Numbered from the stretch's first letter, positions 33,579-45,865 are shown. The stretch is 50,037 nucleotides of DNA from Candidatus Altimarinota bacterium (GCA_031423995.1 JANPGO010000007.1:1-50037); one strand, 5' to 3'. Numbers and translations are program-made. The notes: a model not told the origin generated them from the sequence alone.

Positions 33579-36500
33579 ATGCTCCACAAGAATCGATTCA
33601 TTTCCATCATTACCCTCCTTCTCGTACTTTCTACGAATATTCTCCCTTCGTTCCTTTCTGGATGAGGAACAACTTTTGCATATACTGAGAGTACAAAAAA
33701 TACCTTCATTGAGTATCAGAAACAGCTCACATCCATTAAGGAAGATATAGAGGCTGACTTCCGAAAGAATGGGACAGCAAGTTCGAGTATGCTCCAGAAT
33801 GCGAAAAATATTGTACAAAGTGCCTATGATCGACTTCCTGATACTCTTGATTTCTCAACTGAGAATGCAACGGCAAAAAAATGAACCGATCTCGCTATTG
33901 ATCTTGCATTGAAGAATCCGACATCACAAACCTATGTTAGCAATGCCGTCTCTGCTGTAGAAAAATTCTCAAATGAAGCAAAGATTCTGAAAATTGCCTG
34001 ATCTATCAATGCCAATCCAGTAAGTGGAAATGCCCCACTCTCAATATCATTTCTTGCTGCGAGTGTGAAAGATCCATCAGGAGTAAATCCTGACCCAAAT
34101 AATTATATTTGGTGGGTTCGGGATAATGGTGGCTATAGAAGAGAGATCGGTCGTTGACCAACTCTCAACTATTCTTTCAATAAAGAATGAAGTTATCAGG
34201 TATTTCTCGATGTTATTTCTGGAAGTAGGAATAGTAAATGATACACTGATGTCCTTCCCCTCTCAACCTCACAGGATATCCAGGTGCTCCCACGATTGGG
34301 GGAAATAGTGCTCCTCATCAATGGAGTGAATGTGAGTACACTCTCATCCCTTAAAATTAGTCCGGCACTTGGAAAGATCGGAATTATTTTTGATGCTACC
34401 GCATCACGAGCTATCAGTAATGGTACAATCAAGAAAACGAAGTGGGATTTTGGAAATGGAAATACCATTGAGTACAAATGATCTCCCGTAATTGAAAGAC
34501 AGCTGTATGTCAATCAAGGAGCCTATCAGGCTTCTCTCGAGCTCGAAACGAATGAAGGAACAACATTCAAAAAAGATTTTCAACTCATCGTTATTGATCC
34601 AACTGCTACTATATCAACTGATAAAACGAATGGCTTTGTCGGTGATGACTTCCAAATGAAGGCGATGACTTACTTTACGAATACTCGAAATGTCGAATAT
34701 ACCTGGACGGTTCAATGAGCAAATATGAACGACCTTCATCCTGTGGTACAAATCGGGCAAAACTTTTCATATAAATTTCCAAATGTATGAGACTATATTG
34801 TGACCCTCATATCAAAAAGTCCAAATGGAACAGAAGATAGAGACAGTAAAACAATCACCATTGATTCTCATGAGCCAGTCGTAAATGTAGAGAATCCAAA
34901 AAATATTTCCCCAGAGAAACCAAATATTTTTATCTTCGATGCATCTCGATCAATAGATCCTGATACGAATAGTACAAAAGATTTAACGTATAAATGGACT
35001 ATCGATGGAAATGATGTGGCTCTCGATAATCAGGAGAAAGATGGAGCGATAGGGAAATATATGTTCAATGAGAAATGAACCCATACATTTGCTGTAACTG
35101 TTATCAATAGTCATGGGAAGTCAAAAACCGTTGAAAAATCATTAGACGTAATTTCCACACTTTCAGTCAATGTGAATATTGTCCCCAGAGCCGCTCCTAT
35201 TGGAACACTTGTGAGTTTCCAAGCGATTTCTCCGCGAGCCGCCTTCTATGAATGGAATCCTGGTGACGGAACACCCACTATCAATGGTCAAATGAGTAGT
35301 ATCGACCACGTCTATAAAAAAACGGGGATATATTCAGCAACATTGAATGTAAAAAGTGCTGACGGAACAGAGTCTAATGCAATAGAAAGAAAGGTCTACG
35401 TCACTGATGCGAATAATCCATTTGCACTCATAGAGGTCAGTAACGCATCGAATAGCGTTCTTGAAGATTCGACTGCCTGTGGTGCTTATGGGTGAGCTTT
35501 TCTCGTGAATCGCTCAGAGTGAACAACTATAGATGGGTCAAACTCAGTCAATATTGATGGGTCAAATTGAAGCCTTACCTATACATGGAAGTATCTCGAT
35601 CGAGTCAAGACTGGACCTACTCTTTCTGAGAAATTCACCGAACTCGGATGTTTTCCTGTCGAACTAACAGTGAAGAGTATGCAGAATGGAGCATCTCACA
35701 TAAGTAAACGCTATATACAGATAAAAAATATTCCCCCAAAACTCACTTCTATATCAACAAAGATTGATCAAAATAAAAAAGACAGTCAAAAAATACTGAT
35801 CAATGTGACTGCCGATGGTGCACGCGATGAAGATGGAGTGATCACTTCATATATTTGGTATTATAAAACTGAAAGTGATGCTGAACCCCAGAATATCAAA
35901 ATTACCCAATCTCCAACCACGACATTTATCGTACCAAATATCACTGAGAAATACACGTTCTGAGTGATTCTCGAAGATAATGATGGAGCTAAAGTACGGT
36001 CAGAAGATCTGATCAAGGATCAGTCCCCACTTCTGGTTTCCAACGATAATGGAAATATCAATATGCCTCTTATTGGTCTCTCAGTACCAAAGACACAGGT
36101 TCTTGCAGGAGAAACTGTGAACTTTGTTGTCACAGCAAAGACCATAGTAGGTACAGATATTACGAGTAAAAGTGAATATCAATGGGACTTCGATGGTGAT
36201 GGAAAGATTGATCGAAAAACTACTGAAGCACGAACGAGCTTTGTCTATCCAAATTCATGAACTTTTGCTGCAAAGGTAAAGGTTACCTACAATGGAACGA
36301 GTAATACAAAGTATCAAAATATTGTCGTAAAGAACGAGCTAAAAGCTCAAGCACATGGATATAAAAGTGGTGATACCATCTACCTCATCAATACAAGTAG
36401 TGGTATCTATGATAGTGCATTTTGGCAGGTAGGTGATATACAATCAGACTCTCTTTATGGCATTGCTGTACCGGCATCTGGAATCTTTGGTTCATGAGGA

Positions 36501-38591
36501 TCAAAAAAATCACTCACAGTCAATGCATGAGGAAACGAGACTTCAACGATTGATATCTCACCTGCAAATATTCAAGAGATAGAAAGTACACTTTCTTGAG
36601 GAATATTTGTACAGTCTTTTCCTCAAATATCCAATGCTGAAATCCATGTTCACACTCGAGGAGACAAGATCTTGCTTTGAATGTTCGGGAATACATGAGC
36701 AACACAATATACTATCGATACCAATACGAAAATTGATTCCGACACCAATGGAACTCCAGATGATGATATAGACAATAAGGACTTCCCTTCCTATAAGGAT
36801 GGGTCCATTTACAGCTTCAATACATCAGATATGAAGTTGCATCGACAAACACTTCGTCTCGCTGTGATGAAAAATACCACGGTACTCTGAAGCCAACAAA
36901 TTGATATCATCGCTGACTTTATTTCTGATATTACTCCAGAAACTACGAATCTACTTACAGATTCTGGATCTGAATCATTTTCTCAAAAAGAGAAAGAGAA
37001 TCTCGAGAAATTTCAGGCTAAAATACGGACTATTCAGTCTGATGAAAGAATTATTCTCACTCAAGACTACAATTCTCTTATCGAGAGCTGGGATGATACT
37101 CTCGAGCGAACAAAGAAACTTATCGATATCCAAGAAGAAATCAATGGAAGTGCATGAGTCACAGATACCGACAAAAAAGAACTCTCAGGTATTATCGACA
37201 GTATTCTCGTGGGAGATGCAAATGCAACGGATGAAGTCACTGTAGCAACCCGTGTTATTGAGAGCCTTGTATCGTCGACCAATCCAAACCACAACACTAT
37301 AATAGAGAAGCTTGAATCAATCAAGTCACATCCGAACAATCTCAAGGAAAATAAGACCCTCGGTTCAGAGATACTAGCCCTAATAAAAGATGATACATCC
37401 CTTGAAGATAAATATAAACTTCTCATCCGGAGTCAGCTCCAGATAATCTTGAATGGATGACAAGAAAGTATCTCATCATGACTCGTTGTTTCAGGAGAAC
37501 AACCTAGAGGAACAAGTTGATTTTGGTGATTCATCACTGGAACAGTCAAAGTATTCGGGATTATTATTATTGTTATAATCATCATTATTCTTATTGGATT
37601 TATCCTGTATCGATTTTCACGGAAAAATAACGATATTGGTTTCCAAGACTTTCTCATCGACTCAATATTTCATACAAGAAATTCCAAGTGACCATCTTCT
37701 TCAGGTGATTGAATATTTGCGAAGAAAGAAATATTTGCGAAGGTAGATCCTCTTGCCACAGCAATTCAGGAAAGTATACCAAGTATTGTAATACCAAGTA
37801 GTAGCCCCGTAGAGGATCCAATGACAAAATTTTCCCAAATGTCTGTTCAGGAAGTGACAAAAGATGAAATCCTGGTAAAAACACCAATTCAGGAAGAGGT
37901 TGCAAGTATTCCCGACTGGCTCAAGCCAAAAAATGATGCTCACACAGAAACTCTTCCACCTATTTTTTCTGAAACACCAATTTCTACTGACAATACACTT
38001 CCTACCAATTCGGATGACACTATATTCTCATGAGAAAATAACTTACTCCCATCTGAAACCTTTCCTATACCAGAAGCATCTCTTCCCCCTGAATTCATCG
38101 CCGATACTGAAGCACCTCTTCCTTGAGATATTCACTCCAATAAAGAAGAAGATCCAAATCTTCCAGATTGGCTCAAAGGGATGAGCGCTGATGACGATAT
38201 CATTCCGCTAAATGCTCTCAGTGATACAAATAGTACAGAATGAGTTGTTGACATGAATATCTCTCCTGAAAGTCCTGAGGAGATTCCAGCTACTCCTCGC
38301 ACTCAAGAAGAATTGATTCCTTTCGAATGAACTTCACTGAAAACACCAGAAACGGTAACAAATAGTGAAGCTCTTCCTGATTGGCTCATAGATTCGGTCA
38401 CACCTACAAGTCAACAAGAGACAGTGAAAAATAGTGAAAAATTTTCGAGTGAGAAATCTCAAAAGTGAGAAAAAACTCCAAAAAATAAGAAGCCAAAAAA
38501 AGAAATACAGACTGGAAGCAAAAAAGACCTTTCTCATCAACCACAAGATACAGTATCTCAGAGTACTGATCTTCCAGACTGGCTCAAATAA
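33579..38591 (+). CDS. Giant type-I membrane protein, 1670 aa: signal peptide, ~8 PKD/Ig-like domains, helical region, TM helix, disordered tail with 4 PDWL motifs
   Basis: Frame walked from ATG 33579 to TAA 38589-38591. Track ORFs 34284, 34800, 35172, 35670, 35964, 37209 and 37821 are all in this frame and are joined only by TGA codons. PKD hallmarks: WDFGNG, YTWTV, YKWTIDG, YEWNPGDG, YTWKY, YIWYY, YQWDFDGDG. Asp-rich DSDTNGTPDDDIDNKD. TM helix at 37551-37610. Confidence 0.85.
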
Positions 38592-38596
38592 TTTCT

Positions 38597-38629
38597 CTCC
38601 CAAATCAAAGAATTTGGGAGGTTTTTTTT
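38597..38629 (+). terminator. Rho-independent terminator
   Basis: ctcccaaat (38597-38605) pairs with atttgggag (38612-38620), followed by gtttttttt. Confidence 0.75.
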
Positions 38630-38677
38630 GACGAGAAGGGAGAAACCCTATATACTGAACACAATTAATCTTTTCGT

Positions 38678-41002
38678 ATGGAAGAACTCGATTCAAAAAA
38701 GGAAGAAACTCCACATACTCCATCTCCAGGCTCTCTCATTGAGGAGATTTTGAAAGTGCAAAAATGACAAACTTCCGAGTCATCTAGCGAAGAGATAGGT
38801 GGAAGTCAGGAATCCTCATCTCCGCAAACGAACCCTCCACCAGAAATAAAGAAACCTCGTGAACCAATTTCACCGGGAATGTTCCTAAAGTTTATTGGGA
38901 CAATACTCTTTATTTCAATCATATTCTTCGGAAGTTTTCTTACCTATATTGTCTTCAATCCGGACCAAGCTACCTTCTTTATCAATATCTTTGGAATTAA
39001 TCCGAGTGATATTGCGAGCCTTCTGAAGAAGCTCATCAATGGAAGTTTCTGAATTGTTATCTTCATTCTCTCAATCCTCTGGTTTGTATCACTCTTTCGA
39101 GCTATCTGGACAAAGAAAGATCTCAAGAGAAAAAAACTCCTTGCATGGCTCACGGCAGGTCTTATTGGGATTATTCTCTTTTCCATCCTCGCTTTTTGGG
39201 CATACCTCTTCTCACGGATTGATCTTATTCCATTCGATAATCTGAAGGGATCAATTCTTGTCTACGACAATGATCTCTACACTCATGCGGAAACAAAAGA
39301 GTATGCACTGCTCGGTGAGGGATCCAACATATTCTGACCTATCACCCTCATGTTCAATCTCAAATGGAATGCCTCTATGATTGAGAAAACACAATGAGTG
39401 ATGATCAAAAGCTTCAGGATCGATACTGATGGAGGAGCCTGCAATGATGGTACATCTGTCGTCATGTGAAGCAATGTTCTTGATGAGAAGAGTATCGTTT
39501 GTACATTTGATGCCGTCAAGACATACAATATCAATGGTGAATATACCGTCGTCACACGAACTGGGGAGGAACAGAAACTTCCGATGAATATCAGTCCCGT
39601 CGAGATACGATGACTTGTAAAAATCACTCGATCAAAAAATATTCAAGGAAATCATATCATGTCACTGGATGCTGGTAGCCTCAAACGGCTGGGGAATCCA
39701 CGTTGGATATTTCTCCAATCAAATAAAGTCGAAGAAAAATCAAGTATCACACAAACTATCTCCAATATCCCTCAATACGTCTGCCTCAGACTCCTTACAG
39801 ATAACTGTGACCGAGAGTTTATTCTTGAAGATAAAGATATCAGGGAAGTACAGTGATCAATTACGAGTAACCAGGATACCATTGATCCCCTACTCTTTCA
39901 TCTCTGACTCTCAGGATCGAGTATAGATCCGAATCAGATTACCAATATCGAATGGCTCCTTATTGATCACCAGTGATCTGAAGCGGTCATCTGTACAAAA
40001 TGATGAGATACTTGTGATTTTCGATTTGGCTCATATGGCATTGCCAATATTCAGGCACGGATCGAGATGGCAAACCATGATAAATATACCCTCCAAACTG
40101 AGATCAGTGTTCGTGAACCACTTCAGCTCTCGAGAAATATGCGAATACTCGATGAGAATTGAGTCCTCCTCAATACCGTTGATACATATAAAAGTGATCT
40201 GAAAGCTTTTGTGATAGAAAATACGCTCACACCTCCTGCCAATCTCACCCTCGATGCTCGAGATGTAAGATCAAACAATGAAGGATATGTACTTGAGTCA
40301 GTTGTTTGGAAAATAGTGAATATCAAAAAAACGGAAGAAAAGCGATGAGATAAAATTTCTATAAGTCTGTTGGAGCCACTCCGTTATACTATTACAGGAA
40401 TGTATACATTCAAACGAACGAGTGGGAATGAGAGAGAAACAGCAATGGATAGTGTGATCATAGATATTGAGAGAAAAAGTCTTATGCCACGTCTCAAAGT
40501 GACATCAAGTTCGGATTATGTGCCCTCAATGATTACCGTTGATGCATCAGAATCAGAATCAGATAAATGAGAGATTAAGAAATTTATTTTTGACTTCTGA
40601 GATGGAAAGATGCCAGCTGAATGAGATTCGATTCAACAATATGAATATGTCACTCCGGGTCAGAAGATTATCAAGCTCACGATCATTGCTGAAAATGGTG
40701 ATCGGGCAGAGATGAAGAAAATTATTGTTCTCAAGGATGAAGCCAAAAAAATAAACTTTTCCCCAAGTATGACACCAGGGATTGCAAATACGGTAATCGA
40801 CTTCGAAGCACAATGAACGAATGGACAGATAGAAGACTATATTTGGAACTTCTGAGATGATACGCCACTCTTGCATTGATACAATGCAATCCATACATAT
40901 ACGAAGGAATGAACATACCTTATCGAACTAACAATCATCTATAGTGATGGAACCCGTCGATCCGACAAGAAAAAATATGAAGTAAGTAGTGCTCCTCAGT
41001 AG
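38678..41002 (+). CDS. Polytopic membrane protein (3 TM) with a large beta-rich ectodomain ending in two PKD-like domains, 774 aa
   Basis: ATG 38678. TM segments FLKFIGTILFISIIFFGSFLTYIVF, IVIFILSILWFVSLF and LLAWLTAGLIGIILFSILAFWAYLF. PKD-like FIFDFGDGKMPAEG..YEYVTPGQKIIKLTI and YIWNFGDDTPLLHGYNAIHTYTKEGTYLIELTI. Track ORFs 39659 and 40370 are in frame. TAG at 41000-41002. Confidence 0.75.
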
Positions 41003-41119
41003 AGGAAATATCCTAGAATAAAGGTTCGGGGATAGTAAAGAGTATTTCTCTTGTGAAATAGGTAAAACTGCATACATTCAGAGTAATTCTCTGCATATAT
41101 TTTATAATAATTATTGAAT

Positions 41120-42574
41120 ATGAAAAAGACTCTCCTGTACTTGTCCTGTATTATTATTGGATTGCTTTCCACTCGAAGTGTTTTTGCAGTCGATACAGCA
41201 ACAACGACATGAGATTCTATCGGCATATACATAGGAAATATCGATAAAAAAGTTGAAAAAATGACAACTCCTGATAAAAAAGAATACTATAAAGTAATAA
41301 TAACTAAACTCGAGGATCGGATCAATCAGTATAAAAAAATCCAGGATATGCTTCAGTGAAGAATAAAAAGTATTGATTCATTCCCTATCTGAACAATCAC
41401 AGGGAGCGTTATTGATACTACGAATTGGGCAACATCACTCCAGTTTCAGGCAAAAGAATGTACAATATCTCTCTGAGCCACAGCATGTTTCTCTCCTCTT
41501 TTTGTCAGTGCTCCAAGTGGAAAGCACTTTACAGTAAGAAATATAACAAGAAATATAGTATCCAATGACCTTATTAATCCTTCAAATTATAAGACTGTGC
41601 TCGGTTGGACGAATCCAATATACTCAGTCACGAATTCAAGTTTTGATAACCCTGCCAATTTGCTCCAGTTTGGGGAAAATAAGCTGGATCTCATGGATGG
41701 TGACCGTGTTGTCACGAGTACTATTTCGGTTGCGACATGCGCTTCTGGAGGAACATGGAATGGAAAAAATTGCGTATCTACAACAACGAGTGAACTGAAT
41801 CCAACAGATCCACAAGTTTGATCTGTATGAGCATCGGGCATTATTCCTCCTGTAAAAATCACATGATCAGATTGTAGCATTCCGAAAGGTGAGAGTACAT
41901 GTTTGACATATATTTATGTATATGGTCCGCCTTGAAAAGACTATACTGTAGTTAACCTTACGCGAAATATCACAACTCAAATAATTCCAGACCAAAACAG
42001 TACCTCCCTTGTCATACAAAAGTATATCCTTAATTCAAGTTCTGACGGAGATGTTGCTAATAAACTAAAATACGGTGAAAATAATATAATCATACGCGAT
42101 GCAGCTTGAAATGGGATAGTAAAAGGGCTATATCGATGATCATGTGAGACTGGATTAGTATGGAATGGGAAGGTCTGTGAATGAGTACAGTTTAAACTTC
42201 TCAGCTACATAACAAAACAAGGCGAGAAAACCTATACTGATTGAGCAGTAATTCAATATAACCCATCTCTTGATTGATATCTGACACTCCGTGGAACTGG
42301 ACCAATCGGAAATGTGCAAATACAAAATTCAAAATCTATAACTTCAACTTATGGAGGGGTGATGAGAGCAACAAATACAGCATGAACATGGCAACTTTGG
42401 AATATTAATACGGATGAATTTATCACCAATGGAACGAATTCATATACTATCTGGGATGGGAAAGATATATCATCAAAGATCGAAATCCAAATTCAAGGTA
42501 TTACCAATCAAGTAATCCAGCCTCCAGTAACATGAGGAGGACGAAGTGGATGATTCCAGAAGAATCTCGAATAA
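41120..42574 (+). CDS. Secreted protein with an internally duplicated ~110-aa domain (484 aa)
   Basis: Signal peptide MKKTLLYLSCIIIGLLSTRSVFA. Two related domains end in TCASGGTWNGKNCV and SCETGLVWNGKVCE. Frame checked against track ORF 41597. TAA at 42572-42574. Confidence 0.7.
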
Positions 42575-42590
42575 TGGAGGAGTATTGAAT

Positions 42591-42630
42591 AGAAAAACTC
42601 TGGATTGCTTCAGAGTTTTTCTATTTTTTT
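42591..42630. terminator. Bidirectional rho-independent terminator between convergent genes
   Basis: Perfect 12-bp stem agaaaaactctg (42591-42602) / cagagtttttct (42611-42622), followed by attttttt. The pyrH stop codon (42621-42623) lies in the 3' arm. Confidence 0.65.
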
Positions 42631-43340
42631 GCATGAACAAATGTACCGATAATATCTTCGGAGCATATCTGATCGATATCTTCGATATGACAGACATAGA
42701 TGGGCATCCCTTCATCATGGGCAAGCGCGATCGCCGCTTGATCCATGACTCGGATATCGCGTTGGATGACTTCATGAAGATGGAGGGTATCATGCCTCAC
42801 TGCATCTGGATATTTCTTTGGATCTTTGTCATAGATCCCATCGACCTTCGTTGCCTTCACAACGACATCACAGGAAAGCTCAAGTGCACGCAGAACCGCA
42901 CACGAATCGGTCGAAAAATACGGATTCCCTGTACCTCAGACACAAATAGCCACTCTTCCCTGCTCAATATGCCTCAGTGCTCGTCTGCGGATGAATTCCT
43001 CAGCTACGCGTTGGGTCGGGATTGCACTCATCACCCGTACATCAACTCATTCATCCTCAATCGCCTCACCGATCGCGAGACCATTGATGATCGTTCCCAT
43101 CATTCCCATATAGTCTCCTGTAACACGGTCAAATCCACCAGCCTCAAGTTCTATTCCACGAAAAATATTTCCTCATCATACAACGATCACGATCTCAAGT
43201 TTCTCGACCTGAACGAGGTGTACGATTTTTTTCGCAAGAAAAGAAAGGAACTTCGGATCGATCCCATATCACTGTTCTCACTGAAGCGCTTCACCAGAAA
43301 GTTTGAGAAGGATTCGTTTCGGGGTATGGTATTTTTTCAT
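42621..43340 (-). CDS. pyrH: UMP kinase
   Basis: [59 protein letters not shown] 43338-43340, TAG 42621-42623. Confidence 0.9.
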
Positions 43341-43349
43341 AAGAAGGGC

Positions 43350-43952
43350 TTAGAAGTGAAATCCTCGAGTAAAGAGAAAGAAAACAAAGGAAAATGCGAG
43401 TACGAGAATAAAAAGGATAGTAAGTCCAAGAATCATGGAATTACGCTTGATAATCTCCTTTTCGAGAGAAGTAACTGTATCTATGAGTCACTTGGTGTCC
43501 TCATCACTTTTGGACTTGGCACTCTCGAGGAGATAGGTCGCTTTCTTGTAGTCCATGAGGGGGATCGAGTTCTGGAGTTCGGTTTCTGTCTTTCCAAGAC
43601 GGTAGGAGAGATCTTGAATAATCTCATCTTTTCTCGATATCACAGCCTGTGCCTCTTCATATATACGAGAAAACTCAGCTATTGCTTGTACGGAATATTC
43701 TTTGGGGACAATATTGTGACTTCGTTCCTCATTCTCAGTACGGTAGTCTTCCTTATCAAGGATTACAATATAGTCATCCTCACGTCGTGCAGGGTCCATG
43801 AGACGAAGTGACTCAATATCTGTATCTTCGAGATACATTTTTTTGCCTATTCTCCGGGTACGAATGCGCCCAGCCTGAATATGACGATCTACCGTTCGAG
43901 TAGAGACTGAGAGGCGACGAGCCGCCTCAACACGATCAATCGCAAAAGACAT
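43350..43952 (-). CDS. Excisionase/MerR-type HTH protein with a C-terminal TM anchor (200 aa)
   Basis: N-terminus AIDRVEAARRLSVSTRTVDRHIQAGRIRTRRIGKKMYL, then a coiled region, then after one TGA the hydrophobic tail MILGLTILFILVLAFSFVFFLF. TAA at 43350-43352, 9 nt upstream of the pyrH start. Confidence 0.7.
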
Positions 43953-44089
43953 ACGTAAAATCTTGAAGCTAAGGTATAGAGGAGGAGTTCTGAAAAAAAC
44001 TTCCCAAAGTTTGACCTATTCTATAAAAAACCTCTAAAAAAACAAATTCCATTTTCTTCAAATAATGAAAGTTGTTTGATATGTTCTTT

Positions 44090-45865
44090 TTAGCTTTCCC
44101 TCTTACTATGGAGGAGCATCTCAAGTGCACTTTCTATTGATGGAGCGGAAGTTATTGCTCCTGTATTTACAAAAAATATTTGATCTGCATTTTTGATCGT
44201 ATTGAGTCTGTGTGCGACAATAACACGGGTTGTTGTATTGGGAAGTTTATCCAGAACATCTTCGAGGAGTTGCTCAGTGATGGTATCAATATTCGCCGTT
44301 GCTTCATCGAGAATAAGGAGTTCTGGTTTTCTGAGAATGGCCCGCATAAAGGCGATCAGTTGTCGCTGACCAAGACTCATAGATATTCCTCAATGCGTGA
44401 CGATGGTATCAATTCCATCAGCAAATCGGACAAAGAGTGCATCGAGTCCTGAATCCGAAAGTGCCTGATCTTGTTCTTTCTTCGAATCTGGACCATATTC
44501 ACTATTGCCATAAAAGATATTCTCTCGAATTGTTCCAGAAAAAAGAAAAGGCTCTTGGAGAATAAATCCAATCTTATTCGTACGTTCTTCGGGTATATAT
44601 GTACGAATATCCCTTCCTCGAAAGAAGATTATTCACGATGCTGGATCATAGAGTCGTGCCATGAGGGAGGCAATCGTTGTTTTTCATCCTCCTGTTGGTC
44701 CAATAAGAGCATAGGTTTTTCATGGGAACAAAGAAAAACTGCATGATCTCAAAATATTTTTTCCTTCAGGATAGTGGAAAGATACACTTCGAAATTCCAA
44801 GAGTGGAACAAGATCTCCTTTCTCATATAAATCCTCTCAATGTTCGATACGAGTGAGATCCGATGTGAGTGAGAGAACTTCGGAAATGCGATCAAGTGAT
44901 GCGAGTGCAATCTGGAAGGATGACCATGCAGATGCAAGTTGCCTGAGTGGTGTGTAGAAATTATTCACATAGAGCTGGAATCCTATGAGAAGCCCTATTG
45001 TCAGATTTCCCTGTTGAACGAGATAAATACCAAAACAAAGTGCTGTCAGTTGTGCGATATTGGATGCAAATCCATAGAGAGCAATGAAAAGAGTGCTCGC
45101 GACTCAGGATGCTATGTTTCATCGATAGTTTTGCGTATTTGTTTCTTGGAATTTCTTTCTGAAATAATCGAGACGATTGAAGGCAACGACCACCTTGAAA
45201 TTGGCTATACTTTCCTGAATTTCCGAACTCATATTGCCAAGTGTTTGGAGACTTTTGAGGTTTTTCTCCTTGACCCATGGGGAGACAAATTGGGTAATTA
45301 TGAGGACTCAGAGTGCTGGAAGGAGGCTCAATGCTCCAAGCTCAAAACTCAGGATGAGCATGAATATGCCTGTACCAGCCATGAGAAAAACATTGCTAAT
45401 AAACTGGATGAGTCCTTGGGCAATGAATTGATTGAGTTTATCGGTATCATTGTTGATACGAGAGATGAGGTCACCAGCCTTATTTTGATGGAAGAAAGCA
45501 ACGGGAAGATCCTGAAGCTTCGTAAAGAGGGCATTTCGAAGATTATAGAGGACTCGACGTCCGACGCTTCCCATGGATTTTACCTGAATATAACTCGCGA
45601 GACTTCCGATAAGATAGATCACAAACAAGATCACCGAAAAATACAAAATACCTGAGAAATCCTTTTCTAGAATAGAGGTATCAATAATATGGCTCATAAT
45701 TACTGGTGCAATCAGTGTCGCAAGCGAACTCACGATAACTGCAAAGAGCGTCATCCATATGTTTTTCTTTTCGCCAATCAAAAACGGAGAGAATTTCTTT
45801 ATTGACTGGAAAATCGACTCCTTTTTTGATGCTTTCGTGATACTAAGTGTGTAGTCTTTAGGCAT
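44090..45865 (-). CDS. ABC exporter half-transporter (TMD-NBD) with a consensus catalytic site
   Basis: Six-helix TMD. Walker A GPTGG-TGA-KTT. Signature-like MSLGQRQ. Walker B LLILDEATANID with Asp-Glu intact. H-loop VIVAHRL. Frame walked by hand (8 TGA codons). TAA at 44090-44092. ATG 45863-45865 overlaps the upstream gene by 8 nt. Confidence 0.85.

Noticed and set aside
42546-43811. 421-aa plus-strand ORF, the longest in the track for this region
   Set aside because: It is antisense to pyrH and the HTH gene, whose motifs are unambiguous on the minus strand. The product is low-complexity and has no recognisable motif.
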